Of a stretch of 64,000 bases of DNA, positions 62,381 through 64,000 are shown one piece after another. The stretch lies in NCBI GenBank assembly GCA_950097015.1, contig CATNEN010000025.1, forward strand, positions 9,052,001-9,116,000, written 5' to 3'. The DNA comes from Macrostomum hystrix. Its lineage: Eukaryota > Animalia > Platyhelminthes. The translations under genes were made by a program, and so were the position numbers. The notes under the pieces are model-generated. The model saw only the letters and a list, made by a program, of their open reading frames with translations, did no database searches and was not told the DNA's origin. The stretch's first letter is position 1. The number at the start of each line of letters is the position of its first letter.

Positions 62381-63339
62381 TGTAAAATTCGTTGAAATTC
62401 GCTAATGCCCCCTACACACAGCCTAGTTTGATTCGAAACTCATCAGAGAGAGCTATGAGAGTCGTTGCAGTGTCCGCAGATCGATCAATATTGCTCATAT
62501 TTTGAGCATTTCGGAGCCAGCATGGAAATCGATCTGATCTTGTGGCCTGGCCTGAACATTTCTCAAATTTGAAAGTACATAGATAGCTACGAACGAACCA
62601 AAAATATGGAATTCGGGAACAAAACCACACATCCGGTCTATAAAGCTAGCTCAAATATATAGTTTATAATTCAAACCGCATAAGCACTAGGTGGAATAAC
62701 AGCTCTTCTATGCCCTCCTCATCTGCTGAGCCATGGCTTTAACACTCACTGGCTGATATGAGAACACTAAATTATTGGATCAATATTCCTGGCAGATTAT
62801 TTCAGTGTTGCTCACTGGAGTCTTAACAATGAGACCGGGAAGGAAAATTTGGCTTTAAACGCTTTACCCGCTTTTCCCATTGATTTGTTTGGGGAAGAGA
62901 GTGGGAGAAACACAAAAATCCCATTGTTGAACTGTTGACCTCTCCAACAATTACAGCATTAGGATTCTAGAGTTAAAATAGATTAGTAAAATATTTATCG
63001 CTAATCGATGAGTCATGCAGAAAGTATCTCATATAGTTTAGGAGTTTCCCCCCCCCCAAAAAGGTAGCGAATATATCTGAGACTTACATTGAAGAACTTA
63101 GATTTTAACCTGCGATCGATGATGATGTCTATACAGAAACTGGTTCGTTCATTTGACAATTTAGCCAGAAATGGTTTCAACAGCTTGGCCTTATACATGT
63201 GATTAATTATATCAGTACGATATGAATTTCTTGGCAACATTTTCTGAGAGAGAGGGGGAGAGAGATAAATTTGTTACAACTGAATGCTAAACAACACCAA
63301 TCCAGTATTGTTAAAGTATCATAGGAGCAGACACGAAAA

Positions 63340-63396
63340 CCTAGCCCCAACCCTAACCCTAACCCTAACCCTAGCCCTAGCCCTAACCCTAGCCCT
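63340..63396 (-). repeat. Short interstitial telomere-like (TTAGGG/CTAGGG)n tract
   Basis: CCCTAACCCTAACCCTAACCCTAGCCCTAGCCCTAACCCTAGCCC on the plus strand. Confidence 0.8.
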
Positions 63397-64000
63397 GCTG
63401 AAGTTAAAGCCAGAAATTAAACTCTGAAGCTGAGTGTACGCGCGCCTCGTACATGCGTACAAGCCTTCTGTCTTTCTCTCTCTCACTCTCTTGGTCGGCT
63501 CAATTTTGATTGACTTTCTTAATTTCGTGAATTCCGCCGTGAGTGCACGGGTGTGTACAGTACTGCAGCTGTGGTTTTGCCCGGTCAGTGACCAGCAGGA
63601 AGTAAGTTTTAATATTCAACAACGCTCCAGGCCCACATAGATGGTAGCTGCGATAGCGGACACAGTGAGGGCAGCAGCGGTTGCAGCTTCAAGATAGCAC
63701 CACGGCCATTATCTGATAGCCTCCGTCACATGACTGTCAGTTGATTAAATGTTTCAATAGTATAGTTATTAGCATTAACTAATAGCACAATTCAGTTGGC
63801 CCCAAAAAAATTTTACATCTAGCTTATACGAAAGAACAAAAAATATAACTTTTCAACATGGGACATACGAGCGTATTAACTGATCCCAAATATTGGCTTT
63901 ATGAGTCTTGGAAATTGATGAATAAGTAATAAGTTTACATGCTATTGAATGAGTTACAACCTCTAAAGGATTACGGTCCTTTCGTCCTTCTGGTTAAAAA

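Overview
This is eukaryotic (animal) genomic DNA, not prokaryotic; no CRISPR or operon-type bacterial features are present. Short GT-AG introns inflated by private minisatellites, plus GC-rich polyA/polyQ coding exons, resemble the flatworm Macrostomum, but that taxon call is inference. By manual exon joining I reconstruct seven minus-strand genes: a CaMKK; a TKL/RIPK-like kinase with a C-terminal death-domain-like region; two tandem, intronless, divergent rhodopsin-type GPCRs (the second frameshifted); a CXorf65/C22orf15-like small protein; a transgelin/calponin (MP20/myophilin-like) gene with a cluster of CArG boxes upstream; and a DUF4140+DUF4139 (F37C4.5-like) gene. A truncated plus-strand ORF lies at the window start. 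A complete Ty3/Gypsy (Mag-like) element (4946-12507) has identical 155-bp LTRs, a GGTAG TSD, a PBS, a PPT and a 4-bp RT frameshift. It sits antisense in a CaMKK intron and carries about 2.2 kb of minisatellite in its own leader. Roughly a third of the window is about 27 mostly unrelated tandem arrays (units mostly 17-23 bp), most of them intronic. There are also two tRNA-derived SINE families, a 70-bp Tourist-like MITE and several long inverted repeats. Most long ORFs in the supplied track are artefacts of the repeats.
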